Of a DNA stretch of 54,194 bases, positions 1 to 13,254 are shown piece by piece. How positions within the stretch are numbered: the stretch's first letter is position 1; every line of letters starts with the position of its first letter. Position numbers and translations under genes: made by a program. A model generated the notes under the pieces. The model was not told the DNA's origin. It was given only the letters and a program-made list of their open reading frames with translations, and did no database searches. The stretch comes from Nemertoderma westbladi (lineage: Eukaryota > Animalia > Xenacoelomorpha): NCBI GenBank assembly GCA_032718475.1, contig JAUCBJ010001195.1, positions 1 through 54,194 of the forward strand. Reading direction: 5' to 3'.

Positions 1-686
1 CAAAGTAATGATGTTGTTATATTATTATTATAGAATCGCGATGCGATAGTAAATCACCGTGTCAGGAACCCTATGTTACATTTTTAGTTTTTATTTACGA
101 CTTATTATTTTTAGTAATAGGGTCGGTCCTATTTACAGTTTCCTATATATTTATAGTTTCCTATATATTTATTGTCTCAATTTAATAAATTGATGCTTTT
201 TTTATTTTAAATATATTGTGATTCCATTAAATTTTCGTGTCTTTAATACTTTAGTGATACTAACAATAGAACTATTGATACAAATAAGCCCCGTCGTACA
301 TTTTAGAACTGCTACCCCCTAACTACAACCTGACAAGAACGCAACAACTCTATGTATACTATACATTTATCGGTCCCCCCCGCGATATAACATAAAGTCA
401 ATCAGTTCTGTGTATTTAAGGTGCGCGCCGTCAAAATTCCATGTATTTCACTATTAACACAAAGTTACATTTATCTATTATTGGTATTATTTATTTATTT
501 AAGGTACACTTATATACCAACACAAGGTTATATATTATAATTATAATATAATTATTTAGTTTAGTAATTTAAAAATTAAATAATTATAGTTTTTTGTTTT
601 TATAAGTGTTATGCTTTATGCTTATGCTTTACTTTTATATAATTTTCTTTCACTTTTGGCTACTGTAACAATTGTATTACTGACGG

Positions 687-1297
687 CAGACACAATGAAC
701 GACACAATGAACAGACACAATAAACGACACAATAAACAGACACAATGAACAGACACAATGAACAGACACAATAAACGACACAATAAACGACACAATGAAC
801 AGACACAATAAACGACACAATAAACAGACACAATGAACAGACACAATGAACAGACACAATGAACAGACACAATAAACGACACAATGAACAGACACAATGA
901 ACAGACACAATAAACGACACAATAAACGACACAATGAACAGACACAATAAACGACACAATAAACGACACAATGAACAGACACAATGAACAGACACAATGA
1001 ACATGAACAGACACAATAAACGACACAATGAACAGACACAATGAACAGACACAATAAACGACACAATAAACGACACAATGAACAGACACAATGAACAGAC
1101 ACAATGAACAGACACAATGAACAGACACAATGAACAGACACAATGAACAGACACAATGAACAGACACAATGAACGACACAATGAACAGACACAATGAACA
1201 GACACAATGAACAGACACAATAAACGACACAATAAACGACACAATGAACAGACACAATGAACAGACACAATGAACAGACACAATGAACAGACACAAT
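687..1297. repeat. Minisatellite of mixed 12/13-bp units (GACACAATGAACA / GACACAATAAAC)
   Basis: Directly visible tandem units; explains the three overlapping low-complexity ORFs at 622-1296. Confidence 0.97.
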
Positions 1298-2619
1298 GTT
1301 ATCTAACTAACGGTATATATATATATTAAGAGTTAAGACTATTATTTACTATTTTATTGTAATAATTAGTTGGTAGCCACAATTGAAGGAAATTATAAAC
1401 ATGTTTGGTGAGTTATATAATAGTTTTATTACATTCCCTTTGAATATTTCCCACCCGGTGGATTATATGTGCTCGATATAATTTATTTATTTTATATATT
1501 TGATTATTTATTCTGAAATAGTGTATATATTATATAATAAATAACTCCAAGTTCTTCTAGATCAATTTTAATATTCTATTTTACGAATATTTTATAAATA
1601 GTGCATTTTTGGATTGTACATGTACACCATTGTCTGTTTAACAACAACCCTCTAAGTTTAAAAATAACATATTAGCAATTGCTACGAATAATATGCATAC
1701 AGTCAATACTTTCACTTTAGTTTATTATTAGTGCGATGTGATTGGTTTTACAAGTGACTGACAGCTGAACGAACATATCGCAAAATTCACATTCGATTCT
1801 GTCTAACTGACGCAAAGAATGATGTCATGTTTTACACCCCATCGTATGTTACAATTGGTTACTAAATGCGGTGTGGGGTAATATTAAAGCCCAATTTATC
1901 AGGAATTAAGTTTGGTGAAATTTTCGCCCTCTAGCGGCCGACTGGAGAAAAATAGATGGATTAGCCTCTTTTAGAAGACACCGCTAGTGGTCTAGTACAT
2001 AACTGCAAAGTTTCCGCTTGAACGGATTAAATGAAATGAAATGGGCAGACGTTTAATGTTTAGATGTAGCCCCCTAGCGGTAGACTGTTAAACTGATTGT
2101 GTCTGAACTTTAGGTCGTATTGATGCCTACAAACAACTTGTCAACAGCTTTAAATCGGACAAAGTTAATTTAAGATTAAGTTAACGTGTCAAATTCGAAA
2201 CGGCAACCACAACTATTTGCAAAAACCAACCCCCCCCCCCCCCCACCCCTTGTCAGTTAGCTAAGGTTTGTGTTTCGCCCATTATATGGACTTCTTTTAA
2301 ATGTTCACAGTGTTGTTTTATTTACTCGATTATTCATATGAAGTGATCTTTGTCACACCGACCACTTTACTGCATTGTACGAACTATTGTTATCTCCCGA
2401 CTAAAGGCACACCTCAGTACCAACACTTATTAATTAGGCCTATTTCCTGTAGATTCAAAGTTTCTCTACAAAGCCGTCCTAATTGCAGACATAATTTATA
2501 TCACCTGTCTGCACTTGTTTGCACATAGAGTTAGTTGTTGTATGATAGATAAGTAGGGCCTATTTGAGATCACGAGTTGATCAGTGTAATTTATTCGGGC
2601 GACGACTGTACGGAAACAT

Positions 2620-3660
2620 TAAGTTACGCAAACGAGACATTACACCAACAAAATAGGATATGGGACTTTACGCAAGCAGGACGTTATGCCAACGTATTAC
2701 ATTACGAACTTATAGATACTGACCTATCATTAGCTGTTCTAGTGATCTATCAAGCCAACTCCGAAATAATGTGATTAGATTGGTAATCTTTTAAACTCTG
2801 GAAAGAATTTAGTGCAATGTTTTGTCGAATTGTTACGCGGCTCCAAATTGCGTTTTAATTCATTTTCTATTATATACGATGTTAATAAAAAGATAGTATC
2901 GGACGTTATGCAAACAGGACGTTTGACAAACATCACCCAATTTGGCGTAATGTCTCGTTTTCATAGGGCCCTGTTTGCATAATATCCTACCCACCTCCAA
3001 ACAGCGGACCCTAACAATCTGCCATACTCCCTTACGAGCACATACGTACGATGGGTGTGGAAATATTCAGGAAAAATATGCCAACGTGATTTACAAATCT
3101 TTTTACAGTGATATTTTTGCCTCCCTCCTCACTGGGTGAGTCAGGATTTTTATTTAGCTATCAAAAAAGTGTCTCCGTCTATGTTGCACCAGTTCCACCG
3201 CAGTTATTCTTGAATGTTATATTTATTCGTTGGTACTGTTAGAAAGCTCTCTAGTTAAAGAGGCTATTGCCCAGCTATGAATGGGATAAACAATAATTTG
3301 TTCTAGAATATGGTGTATTTATTAAATAGAATAAAGTAGTCTCGCGCAGATGCAAAACCATGCAACATTCGAAATTAACTTAAACTTATCAACATAAAGT
3401 TATCAACATTTTAGGCGATAATTGACCCATTTGCGAAACGTTCTGTTTGGGTGAATCCTACAACTTCTTGTTTGCATAGTGTCTTGTTTGCGAAACGTCC
3501 TGTTTGTCCAACTTCCTATGGTGTTTGAGTAACGTCATGTTTGCTTAAGATCCAGTTTGCGTGACATCCTGTATGCAATATGTCTCGTTTGCGAAACTTG
3601 CAGTTTATGAATAGTCCCACTTTCTATTTTGTTTGTGTAATGTCGCGTTTGCGACATTAC
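2620..3660. repeat. Degenerate 16-bp repeat clusters (consensus ~GTTTGCGTAACGTCCT) in both orientations; probable decayed foldback-type element(s)
   Basis: 16-bp periodicity at 3470-3610 (gtttgcatagtgtctt, gtttgcgaaacgtcct, gtttgagtaacgtcat...); reverse-complement units (aggacgttatgcaaac) at 2620-2700 and 2900-2930. Confidence 0.6.
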
Positions 3661-3825
3661 GGGTATTTTTTAACTAACTTTATGTTCGTTCCTTAAAATA
3701 AAATGGTATGAAGTGAAGTACTATTTGACTTTACATAACATCTTTATATTAATTGGGGCGTTATTGACAAGGGGGGCGAAAATTTGCCCCCCCCCCCCTC
3801 CCAGTGGAAATGGTTCCCGTGACTA

Positions 3826-4654
3826 TCTCAACTACTAACTTGCAAACGATTTGGTAATCGATGCCATCAAAAGCTCAAAAAATAGTCCTAGATCCATTTG
3901 GCAAACAAAAACACCTGAACCATTTACATGTGTTGTCTTCGGTAAATAATCTTACTACTAATGTCGGGAATGTCACCTGTTTGGCTAACTGTCGATGGAA
4001 TTGTTGCTTCTCGGTTAATTTTCCTCTTTTGCATTGAAATGGATTTTTATTGCAGAATTCTGCGATTTCTAGGGATATGTTTATACCCGGTAGCAAGAAT
4101 GGCGCTAATTTCCCATAAAATGCTCCATTTAGAATTTATCCAGATAGGCGCTCAGCAGTCTCTCAAATGGATTACGTACGAAAAAGAACTTGAAGTATTG
4201 TTTAAGAAGTAGTGATTTCTGTCTAGTTACAAATTTGTTCAACTTTTTAAAAACTACAGTAACTGGAAAAATTGGGGTTTGCATTCAATTCCATTTTAGT
4301 TAGATTTGTTTCTAAAGAGCTGAGTATTTTATGCCATGTTGTTACGGCAACTTTGTGAACTCCACAAAATAATGTTAACGGTAGAATGTGCCGTAATTAT
4401 GTCTGGTAGATCCCGTAACATAGACCCGTGATTAACAATTGACTGATTAATTACTCCTGTAGTACTCCTGGGTGGCAATAATAATGATTGCATAGTTTCT
4501 ACAACACTGGCTTGACTTTCTACAGGCTTGGAATACTTCAATGATTTACCAGTGTTAAAACGTAAAGGAATGCGACATATTAGATACAAAGTAGTAACAA
4601 CAACACTATTCCCATAATGATAGCAAAGCGTTTCATTGTGGTATTTCGAGTCAT
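3826..4654 (-). pseudogene. Carbohydrate sulfotransferase (CHST8-14/HNK-1ST, Sulfotransfer_2 family) pseudogene, no introns evident
   Basis: Manual translation across frames: type-II anchor MTRNTTMKRFAIIMGIVLLLLLCI*, 5'-PSB-like LFCGVHKVAVTTWHKIL (~4320-4375), 3'-PB motif YFKFFFVRNPFERLLSAYLDKF* (~4130-4200), IDYQIVCKL (~3835-3865); several stops and frameshifts. Confidence 0.85.
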
Positions 4655-6059
4655 ACTCCACCTGTCCGCAGTTGTTGTATCCTTTCATATTATATTGGCT
4701 ACTAGTATCAAAACACGAACTAAATCTTCTTTATAAATTAACAACTTGTTAATTATTATGATTTGATAATAATAAGGTTGAAATTCCTCACTGAAAAAAC
4801 ATTATTTTTCTAAAACATGGTCTAATATCTGCACAAGAGAACCCTGGTCCAATTTTTTTTGTGAAGACATAATTATTCTGTACACCTTCCTTGTTACTGT
4901 TTTATGTATTTTGTCTTTTTGAATTTTGCCTTTTTGTCTTTTGACTGGATGGAGTGAAAGCGACCTAAGTAGTCTGTCACTGATAGCCCTGCACTCAGCT
5001 ACACGTATTTGGGCCTCAGTTTCCTTTCCTCTGTAACATATGGCTGCGAGGTCTTTCATACCCTGGAGGAAATCACACAACTTGACCACTTCAACAAAAT
5101 CCGGAGGTTTCATTGGAATCTATGGTAGTGAGTAAGTAAGTTTGCATCCATCTCAGTTAGCCTTTTATCACTCGCCTCCAGGATACAGCGTATTTAGATT
5201 ACTAATTAGTTTTTATTTAATGTTTAATTTTATATAACTTTATTTTTGCCAAATTTTAATCTCGGCCATGAAGTTAAATAAATCGTCCAAATCATATTGT
5301 AAAATTCAATTCTGGTAATAAATTTGAAACCACCGCAATTGAAATGTTTTGGTTTCTTTGCGCAATCAAGCATGAAGTTGTTTATTAACGATTCACACTA
5401 ACTCATTAGTTATATGAATTATTGATCATTCAGCTATGCACAGTATGTAGTGTTGCAGCGACGTAATGACGGCGGTGCGGTGTGCTGGTAGGATGTAGTA
5501 CCCACCGTAGTGCCCACGAATGCAGCAAGTTTTGTGAGTGATAACAAATCCAATATAAGATGATATTGGATGACTGGATGAGTAATAACCGAGGATGTTA
5601 TATTGACTACAGAGTGAGATATAATAGACTAATAGTGATAGTGAGACTAATAAAAAAAAAAATCAATTTTTCGAATACAATCCCCTCTAGTGCAGATTTT
5701 TATGTAACCACAACTGTTTATTTATATACTATTTACTAAACATCACTATTTATCACATAAGTTTTCAATTCTATAAATGTTTGCTGAGATGTTGCGATTG
5801 TGACGTGATTGAGGGTTTGAAGAAAATCGTTACAATATTCTTCAAGTGCAGAGTTTAGCAATAGCGGGGGATGCTTTACCTTCAGTGTCTCTGCTGCTTC
5901 TTCTAATCTTTCTACATCGAGGTCTAGTCCCTGTTGTTCACTCCCGAAAGACTCAGGATGGTTGAAAATGTAGTCTGGGATTACTGAAAGGAAAATGAGC
6001 AAAACATATCTAAAATTATGTAGTAACATGTATTAGTAGACTATTGGAAACTAACTAGT

Positions 6060-6228
6060 AGAGATGAAACAGAGACTTGTCACTGATCTCTGGATTCTCT
6101 GGATGGTTTTTTGGTCTCCGGAGGCAAGATGGGACAGCGAACTCCAATAAGAGCGCCTTTACAGCTGTGGGATGGCCTTGATTTAGTGTAGAGATGAGTA
6201 AGGAGTGTGTTGGAGGGGACCATGGAGA
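6060..6228 (-). mobile_element. Possible decayed CR1/L2-type LINE ORF2 C-terminal fragment
   Basis: Translation NTLLTHLYTKSRP...YWSSLSHLASGDQKTIQRIQRSVTSLC loosely resembles the LLxLYxxxxRP...W...D...ERIQR.AT segment; short and degenerate. Confidence 0.35.
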
Positions 6229-6271
6229 TTAATAGAGTTCGGAAACCGAAAATGAAAGTTTCGCAACCAAC

Positions 6272-8166
6272 TCGGGAACTAAAGACTTCGGGAACTGAAG
6301 ACTTCGGGAACTGAAGACTTCGAGAACTGAAGACGTCAGGAACTAAAGATTTCGAGAACTAAAGATATCGGGAAATGAAGACCACGGGAACTGAAGACTT
6401 CGCGAACTGAAGACTTTGGGAACTGAAGACTTCGGGAAGTAAAGATTTCGAGAACTAAAGACTTCGGGAACTAAAGACTTCGGGAACTAAAGATTTCGTG
6501 AACTAATGATTTCGGGAACTGAAGATTTCGAGAACTATAGACTTCGGGAACTAAAGACTTCGGAACTAAAGACTTTGGGAACTAAAGACGTCGGGAACTG
6601 AGTAGGGAACTGAAGATTTCGGGAACTAAAAATTTAGGGATGTAAAAACTTTGGGAAGTAAAGACTTCGGGAACTAAAGACTTCGGGAACTAAAGATTTC
6701 GGGAACTAATGACGTCGGGAACTGAAGACTTCGGGAACTGAAGACTTCGGGAACTGACGACTTCGGGAACTGAAGACTTTGGGAACTGAAGACTTCTGGA
6801 ACTGAAGACTTCGGGAACTAAAGACTTCGGGAACTAAAGATTTCGTGAACTAATGATTTCGGGAACTGAAGACTTCGGGAACTGAAGTCTTCGGGAACTA
6901 AAGACTTCGGGAACTAAAGACTTCGGGAACTAAAGACGTCGGGAACTGAGTCGGGAACTGAAGATTTCGGGAACTGAAGATTTCGGGAACTGAAGATTTC
7001 GGGAACTAAAAACTTCGGGAGGTAAAGACTTCAGGAACTAAAGACTTAGGGAACTGAAGACTTAGGGAACTAAAGATTTCGAGAACTAAAGATTTCGAGA
7101 ACTATAGACTTCGGGAACTAAAGACTTCGGGAACTAAAGACTTTGGGAACTAAAGACGTCGGGAACTGAGTAGGGAACTGAAGATTTCGGGAACTAAAAA
7201 CTTCGGGAAGTAAAAACTTTGGGAAGTAAAGACTTCGGGAACTAAAGACTTCGGGAACTAAAGACTTGGGGAACTGAAAACTTCGGGAACTAAAGATTTC
7301 GAGAACTAAAGATTTCGAGAACTGAAGACTTCGGGAACTAAAGACTTCGGAAACATTTCGGGAACTAAAGACTTCGGGAACTCAAGACTTCGGGAACTAA
7401 AGACTTCGGGAACTAAAGACTTCGGGAACTAAAGACTTCCGGAACTGAAGATTTCAGGAACTAAAAACTTCGTGAACTGAAGACTTCGGGAACTGAAGAC
7501 TTTGGGAACTAAAGACTTTGGGAACTAAAGAATTCGGGAACTAAAGACTTCGGGAACTAAAGATTTCATGAACTAATGATTTCGAGAACTAAAAACTTCA
7601 TGGAACTAAAGACTTCCGGAACTAAAGACTTCGGGAACTAAAGACTTCGGGAACTAAAGACTTCGGGAACTAAGTACTTCGGGAAACTTCGGGAAGTAAA
7701 GACTTTCGGCAACTAAAGATTTCTGTACGAAAAACTTCGGGAAGTAAAGACTTCGGAAACTAAATATTTCGAGAACTAAAGACTTCGGGAACTAAAGACT
7801 TCCGGAACTAAAGACTTCGGAAACTAAAGACTTCGGGAACTAAAGACTACGGGAATTGAAGACTTCGGGAACTGAAGACTTCGGGAACTGAAGACTTCGG
7901 GAACTAAAGATTTCGAGAACTAAAGACTTCGGGAACTAAAGACTTCGGGAACTAAAGACTTCGGGAACTAAAGACTTCGGGAACTAAAGATTTCGGTAAC
8001 TAAAGATGTCGGGAACTGAAGACTTCGGGAACTGAAGACTTCGGGAACTGACGACTTCGGGAACTAAAGACTTCAGGAACTAAAGATTTCGTGAACTAAT
8101 GATTCCGAGAACTAAAGACTTCGGGAACTAAAGACTTCGGGAACTATAGAACTAAAGACTTCGGGA
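6272..8166. repeat. 16-bp satellite (GGGAACTAAAGACTTC)n, roughly 115-120 units, with higher-order duplications
   Basis: Visible tandem array; the same run of variant units recurs at ~6520-6680 and ~7090-7250. Confidence 0.98.
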
Positions 8167-8266
8167 TCTGCTCTGTTGAACTGCTGTACTGACTGCTGTA
8201 CACTGCTGTACATACCTACCTTACGAATATAATATATTACATATTGCTGTATTATCAGATTGGTGA

Positions 8267-9397
8267 ATGAGTCGCTTTGTAGTCATGGGTGAGGGTGAAG
8301 ATAAACTCATTCTCAATCCTATTCTTTGCTTCATCTGGGAGAGACTACAAAAGGGGTCGATTTACGATGAGCTGGTGGACCAAATTGTCTGCTGGCCGCA
8401 TTTTGCCACTAAGGATATGTATGCAGCCCGGAGTGTGCTAGGAGCTCTTTTTGATTCGGATCGTGATGTTTCAAAGAAGTTCAGCACTAAATACTCGGGT
8501 GAGAATAGACGCCAAAAGTTGGCTGCGGATATTATAAATATATTTGAATTGGATGGCTTCAAGAACTTGAATCCCCATCCACACTTCATGTTTGATGACT
8601 CCAGTCGGCTACCACCGGTGAGCCCCACTTCTTCCACGCTCGCAAGCTTAGTTAAGGAACTAGGCGATCTGAATCGTCGCATCACAACTCTGGAATCCTT
8701 GCAGCTATCGGCATCGCCAGCTTCCACCCACCGGCGCAGCTACCGCTACGCGGCCGAGGTCAACGTATCTGGTAATCCTGAGTCAGGGAACTCTTCGAAG
8801 CACCGTAAGAGGGGTCTGCAAAAGAGCTCACAATCTGTATACTCTGCCACGCCGGGGTTGGCTGATAAATCAGCTAACACCAGTGGCGGAGCGAATGGCC
8901 TGTTGGCTGAATCTTTGGGTTCGGACGTTGTGGACCAGTTGGTGAACGAATGTATAACGATTCGGGATAATTCGGATAGGCCAATGGTTACAGTCGGTCG
9001 GAATAATCGTCCAGTGCAACGTGGTTCGCCAGCGACAGGTGGTCGAACTGCGAGGGTGAAGTCAAAACCTATTTTTGGAAAGTTAACCGGTGTGGATCTA
9101 AAGCTTCGCGGTGCCGTTCGACAATCCTCAATATTCCTTACTCGCCTAGAACTCGGTACACCTACGGATGTAGTTATTGATTATGTCAAGACCAACTTCA
9201 ATGTAGATTGTAAATGCGAAGTTATAAGGACCCGATTTGATTCTTACTCCTCTTTTAAGCTTACGTGTACTCAATCTGACACAGCTGTTCTGTTGGACGA
9301 ATTATCGTGTGATAAGTGGCCAGAGAATGCGTTAATTCGTGAGTGGATTGGATCCAATAGTCGTACAACCCGAGTCTCTGTCGCTTCTCTTAAGTAA
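8267..9397 (+). CDS. LINE ORF1 protein, 376 aa, intact
   Basis: Lies directly upstream of ORF2; coiled-coil LVKELGDLNRRITTLESL and C-terminal IFLTRL...YSSFKL...WPENALIREW motif typical of invertebrate LINE ORF1s. Confidence 0.88.
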   Translation: MSRFVVMGEGEDKLILNPILCFIWERLQKGSIYDELVDQIVCWPHFATKDMYAARSVLGALFDSDRDVSKKFSTKYSGENRRQKLAADIINIFELDGFKNLNPHPHFMFDDSSRLPPVSPTSSTLASLVKELGDLNRRITTLESLQLSASPASTHRRSYRYAAEVNVSGNPESGNSSKHRKRGLQKSSQSVYSATPGLADKSANTSGGANGLLAESLGSDVVDQLVNECITIRDNSDRPMVTVGRNNRPVQRGSPATGGRTARVKSKPIFGKLTGVDLKLRGAVRQSSIFLTRLELGTPTDVVIDYVKTNFNVDCKCEVIRTRFDSYSSFKLTCTQSDTAVLLDELSCDKWPENALIREWIGSNSRTTRVSVASLK

Positions 9398-9433
9398 TCT
9401 TCATATAGGGCCTACCTAATTAATTAACCATTT

Positions 9434-12400
9434 ATGAAGATAGCCACATATAATGCAAACTCTGTATGAACGTTATCCAGTGAACACGTGATCTCGACTT
9501 TAGCCAAATCCTGCGACATTATTCTCCTACAGGAGACTTTGTTACCTAAACAGGAACTCCATGTTCTAAAGCAGCTTCACCGTGATTTCTATGCTACGGG
9601 TTCTTCTCCTGTTGATTTCCAAAACGGCATCCTAACCAGTCGTCCTTTTGGGGGTCTGGGAGTTTTGTGGAGAATGACCCATGGTGCTGATTGTATTTAA
9701 GTTATTGATGATTCTGATCCACGGATCATGGTCCTAAAGATTTCTCCCGCGAGTTCTGGGAAAGATTTTATACTTATTAATGTTTACTTACCATTTGAAA
9801 CGTGTGAGAATCTTGATGATTATATGAATTACTTAGCAAAGTTAACCACTATAGTTGAAGCTATCAATCACTATGATATATGCATAGTGGGCGATTTTAA
9901 TTCGCACCCCTCGAGGCGATTCATCGAGGAAATAACTCAATCGTGTTCGGATGTAGGCCTAACAATCCTGGATATATCCAGACTCCCAAGTGATACTCTC
10001 ACTTTCGTCAGCTCTGCCAACAACTCAGTATCATGGTTAGATCACTGCGTATGTTCAGGGAGCATGTGCGATCGGGTGAACAACATTGTTGTTGAGTACT
10101 CAACTACTTTTGACGATCATTTACCTATGATAATCGACATTGATACCTCAAGTTCAATAAATCCTCCCAACTCGAATGAGCAGGAAATACCGGCCCGCTC
10201 AAAGCTGCCTCGCTGGAATAAGGCGACAGATTACCATCTCTCCGGGTACCAGTCTTATACGGGCCTCCTACTCGGGGACTGCGCTATCCCACACGATGCA
10301 CTATCGTGTCAGGACCCTCAATGTGATATCGAGTCACACTGTGCCGATCTGGCAGAATTTGGAGCTCATTGGAACATGCTGCTTCTAGTGTTGGTCTTTT
10401 TATTAACTCCAGAAAGACCAAAATTTTGACAGTTAACTTTGAAAGTCCTCAGCAAGTCTCTGATCAGATGAGCATAAGCTCAAAGGATGGTATGCTTGAG
10501 CATGTGGACGACTTCTGTTACCTGGGATCATGGATCCGGAAGTCAGGTGAGGACCTTCGAATACATAAGGGAAAGGCATGGGCAGCTTTGAATAGGCTTT
10601 CCAGGATTTGGAAGTCACCGAGAATTAATCGGAAACTTAAGGTCCGATTATTTAGAGCAGCAGTAGTTCCAGTACTCCTCTACGGGAGTTCATGCTGGGC
10701 TCTAACTGCTGAGGACACCAAATCTCTGGATGGCACATTCACAAGAATGCTACGCCGGGTTCATTGTGTCAAGTACAATGCACATATCTCCAACCAGACA
10801 CTATATAACATTGGAGGTGTCTCATTGGTTCCCCCAAGCTTGACACTAGAACAAAATCGCCTCCGCTTTGCAGGACATTGCTTTCGCCGTGAGGACCAGC
10901 CAGTGCATAATCTTGTACGTTGGCAGCCTCATGGAGTGAATAAGCATGGTGGACAGCCCATGACTTTCTTGAGACGCATCTTAAAGGACACTGGCCTTGA
11001 AGATGCGGATGATCTAGCAAATGTCATGGGTGAAAGGGAGTTGTGGTGGTGCAATTTTGTTGACAAGCCGGCACTGCATTCTTATAAATGCAGCTGCAAT
11101 GCAGCATGCCGATCCTAGTAGTAGGCAGAATTTTACTCCCGTATAAGGTCATCACTTCTCACAGCTGCAACAACCCATATCCCATTTACAGAGGGTTCCT
11201 CCGACGTGCGAATTGACTCACACAACATCCCTGGTTGGAGTGACGAGGTCGAAAAACTGCACCGAATTGCACGACAGTCATTTCTCTGTTGGTTCTCACT
11301 TGGGAGCCCCCGGGAGGGTCCCCAGTTTCGCCTCATGAGTATATCTAGGGCGCAATTTATACGGCGCCTACGATCGATCAAGCGTAACTCGGATAAGATA
11401 AAAGCGGACTGGATCACAAGACAAGGACTGTTATAAGTTCTGGTCTAACGTGCGTCACATTAACAATCAGCAGGTACCTCTTCCACCTACTGTAGATGGT
11501 GTCTCCGGTGCTTCGGACATAGCTGATATGTGGGGAGTTCATTATGAAGGGGTTTTCAACATGTTCCCGGAGGAGGAGGACTCGCAAGAGGAGGAACCCA
11601 AACCAACATACAAAGACGTGTTTGAACACATTGATTACTCCGCCGACATGATATTCTCCTCCACCGAGTTAACTGAAGCCCTAGCTAAGTTGGAGCGCAA
11701 TAAAGCTGTCGGACCGGATAATCTAACTGCGGAGCATCTAAAATTCGCCAGTGGCCGTATCATTGTCTGCCTATCCTTATTGCTCAGTGCGTGTAATGTA
11801 CATGGGGTTCTCCCAAAGGATCTTATAACGTCAGTTATTTACCCTATAATATAGGATAAATGTGGCGATACTAAGGATAAGTCCATATTGCCGTTAGCAA
11901 TATAATATGTAAACTTTTCGAGCACTTAATTTTAACGCGAATATTTAACTTTTTGTCAACAACAGCCAATCAGTTTGGTTTCAAAAAAGGATGTGGTACT
12001 GAGCTCTGTGCTTACACCATTAAGGAAATTATTAACTATTATTTGAATCATGGTAATAATGTTTATGTATGTTTTCTGGACGCATCTAAAGCATTCGATT
12101 GTGTACAGCATAGTATATTATTTACGAAATTAGTTAAGAGTAAAGTACCAGTTTTTATTATTCGAATTTTATCCTATATGTACGCTCAACAGTCAATGTT
12201 TGTCAGATGGGGGGGATATACCTCCCCCAGTTTTAATTGCACTAATGGTGTTAAACAGGGCAGCCCGATTTCACCTCTTTTATTTAACTTTTTTATTGAT
12301 AACCTAAGTAAAGATTTAACTTCATCCGAGTTAGGTTGTACACTAAATAGCTCAGTTATTAATCACTTGATATACGCTGATGATATTTGCCTCATAACAG

Positions 12401-12962
12401 TAAACCCACATTCGTTACAGTCTCTTGTTAATATTTGTGTAAACTTTGTTAGGATAATAGCATGACCTTCAACGCAAAGAAATCTAAATGTATGTTTTTT
12501 CGTAGTAAATTAAGGAAAGGTACATTTGGCCCGCCGTCCATTAACATAGATTGTAAACAGTTGAGTAATGTTGAATGTTTTAAATACTTAGGGCATATTA
12601 TTTCCAGCGATTTTTCTGACGACTGTGATATATTGGCACAAACTAGACTTTTTTATGCTAGAGCCAATTCCTTGATTAGACGCTTCCGTAACTGTTCTGA
12701 TAAAGTTAAGAAAGTACTGTTTAACAGTTACTGTTCGTCAATCTATTGTTGTGCGTTGTGGTCTGACGTATATTTTTTACAGTCAAGTTTTAACAAACTT
12801 CACACTGCCATTAATAAATCTGTCCGGTCGTTATTTAATATTAAATTATACAATAAGGAGACCGACGAGATTAATAGTGCGAGTCAAATGTTGGTAAATT
12901 TTAATATCCGCTCTCTTAAAGAGATTTTTAGAATATCACTTTTAGTTTGCATATTCGTGTAA
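9434..12962 (+). pseudogene. LINE ORF2 (AP endonuclease + reverse transcriptase), copy 1, disrupted
   Basis: MKIATYNANS, LLQET, GDFN, SWLDH, DDHLP (APE); QFGF, FLDASKAFD, GVKQGSPISP, YADD, FKYLG (RT). Stops at 9467, 9698, 11852; frameshifts near 11410, 11880, 12447; RTE insertion. Confidence 0.93.
10361..11123 (+). mobile_element. 5'-truncated RTE-clade LINE nested in ORF2; 10-bp TSD GGCAGAATTT
   Basis: TSD at 10351-10360 and 11124-11133; (TAG)n tail; RTE-type C-terminus (GLFINSRKTK, DDFCYLGSWI, LLYGS..W, RLRFAGHC); removing it restores the host frame CADLAEF-YSRIRSS. Confidence 0.95.
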
Positions 12963-13254
12963 ATTTGTCATCTAATTCTGTTTTAATATGTGTTGTACGT
13001 GTACGTACTGTTACTGTTACTGTGTACGTAACACTTGCCGACCATTGTCTACAATGTACGATACTTTTAAGCGGTGCTGTTACTCACGTGCAACTTGACG
13101 CTTTTTATTTCACCTATGTTTCATTTTTTAGACCCATTTTACTTATTGTGCAGAAATTTCCTACCATTAGTGTTTTTATAGATATGGCACTGATATTTAA
13201 TGTATATAATATGAATAGTTGATGCTGAAATAAATAAAATAATAATAATAATAA

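Larger units (their letters stand above)
8167..13254 (+). mobile_element. Full-length non-LTR retrotransposon (ORF1 + APE-RT ORF2; RTE-X/Proto2-like, clade uncertain), inactivated, inserted in the satellite
   Basis: ~100-nt 5'UTR, ORF1, ORF2 with APE and RT motifs, AATAAA then (AAT)n tail at 13228-13254; satellite on both sides. Confidence 0.93.

Noticed and set aside
622-1296. Three overlapping Cys/Val/Leu-rich ORFs
   Set aside because: Translations of the stop-free minisatellite strand.
1370-1412. Possible micro-exon (TAG|TTGGTAGCC...TTTG|GTGAGT)
   Set aside because: Good donor but weak acceptor and no partner exons identified.
4802-6029. ORFs 4802-5113 and 5736-6029 on the minus strand
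   Set aside because: Slightly coding-like but no recognisable motif or clear splice frame; may be TE debris, not supportable without a search.
11116-11123. RTE with zero-length 3'UTR (stop codon being the first TAG of the tail)
   Set aside because: The minus-strand copy has TAA about 30 nt earlier where these copies have TAT, so the extension may be a private mutation.
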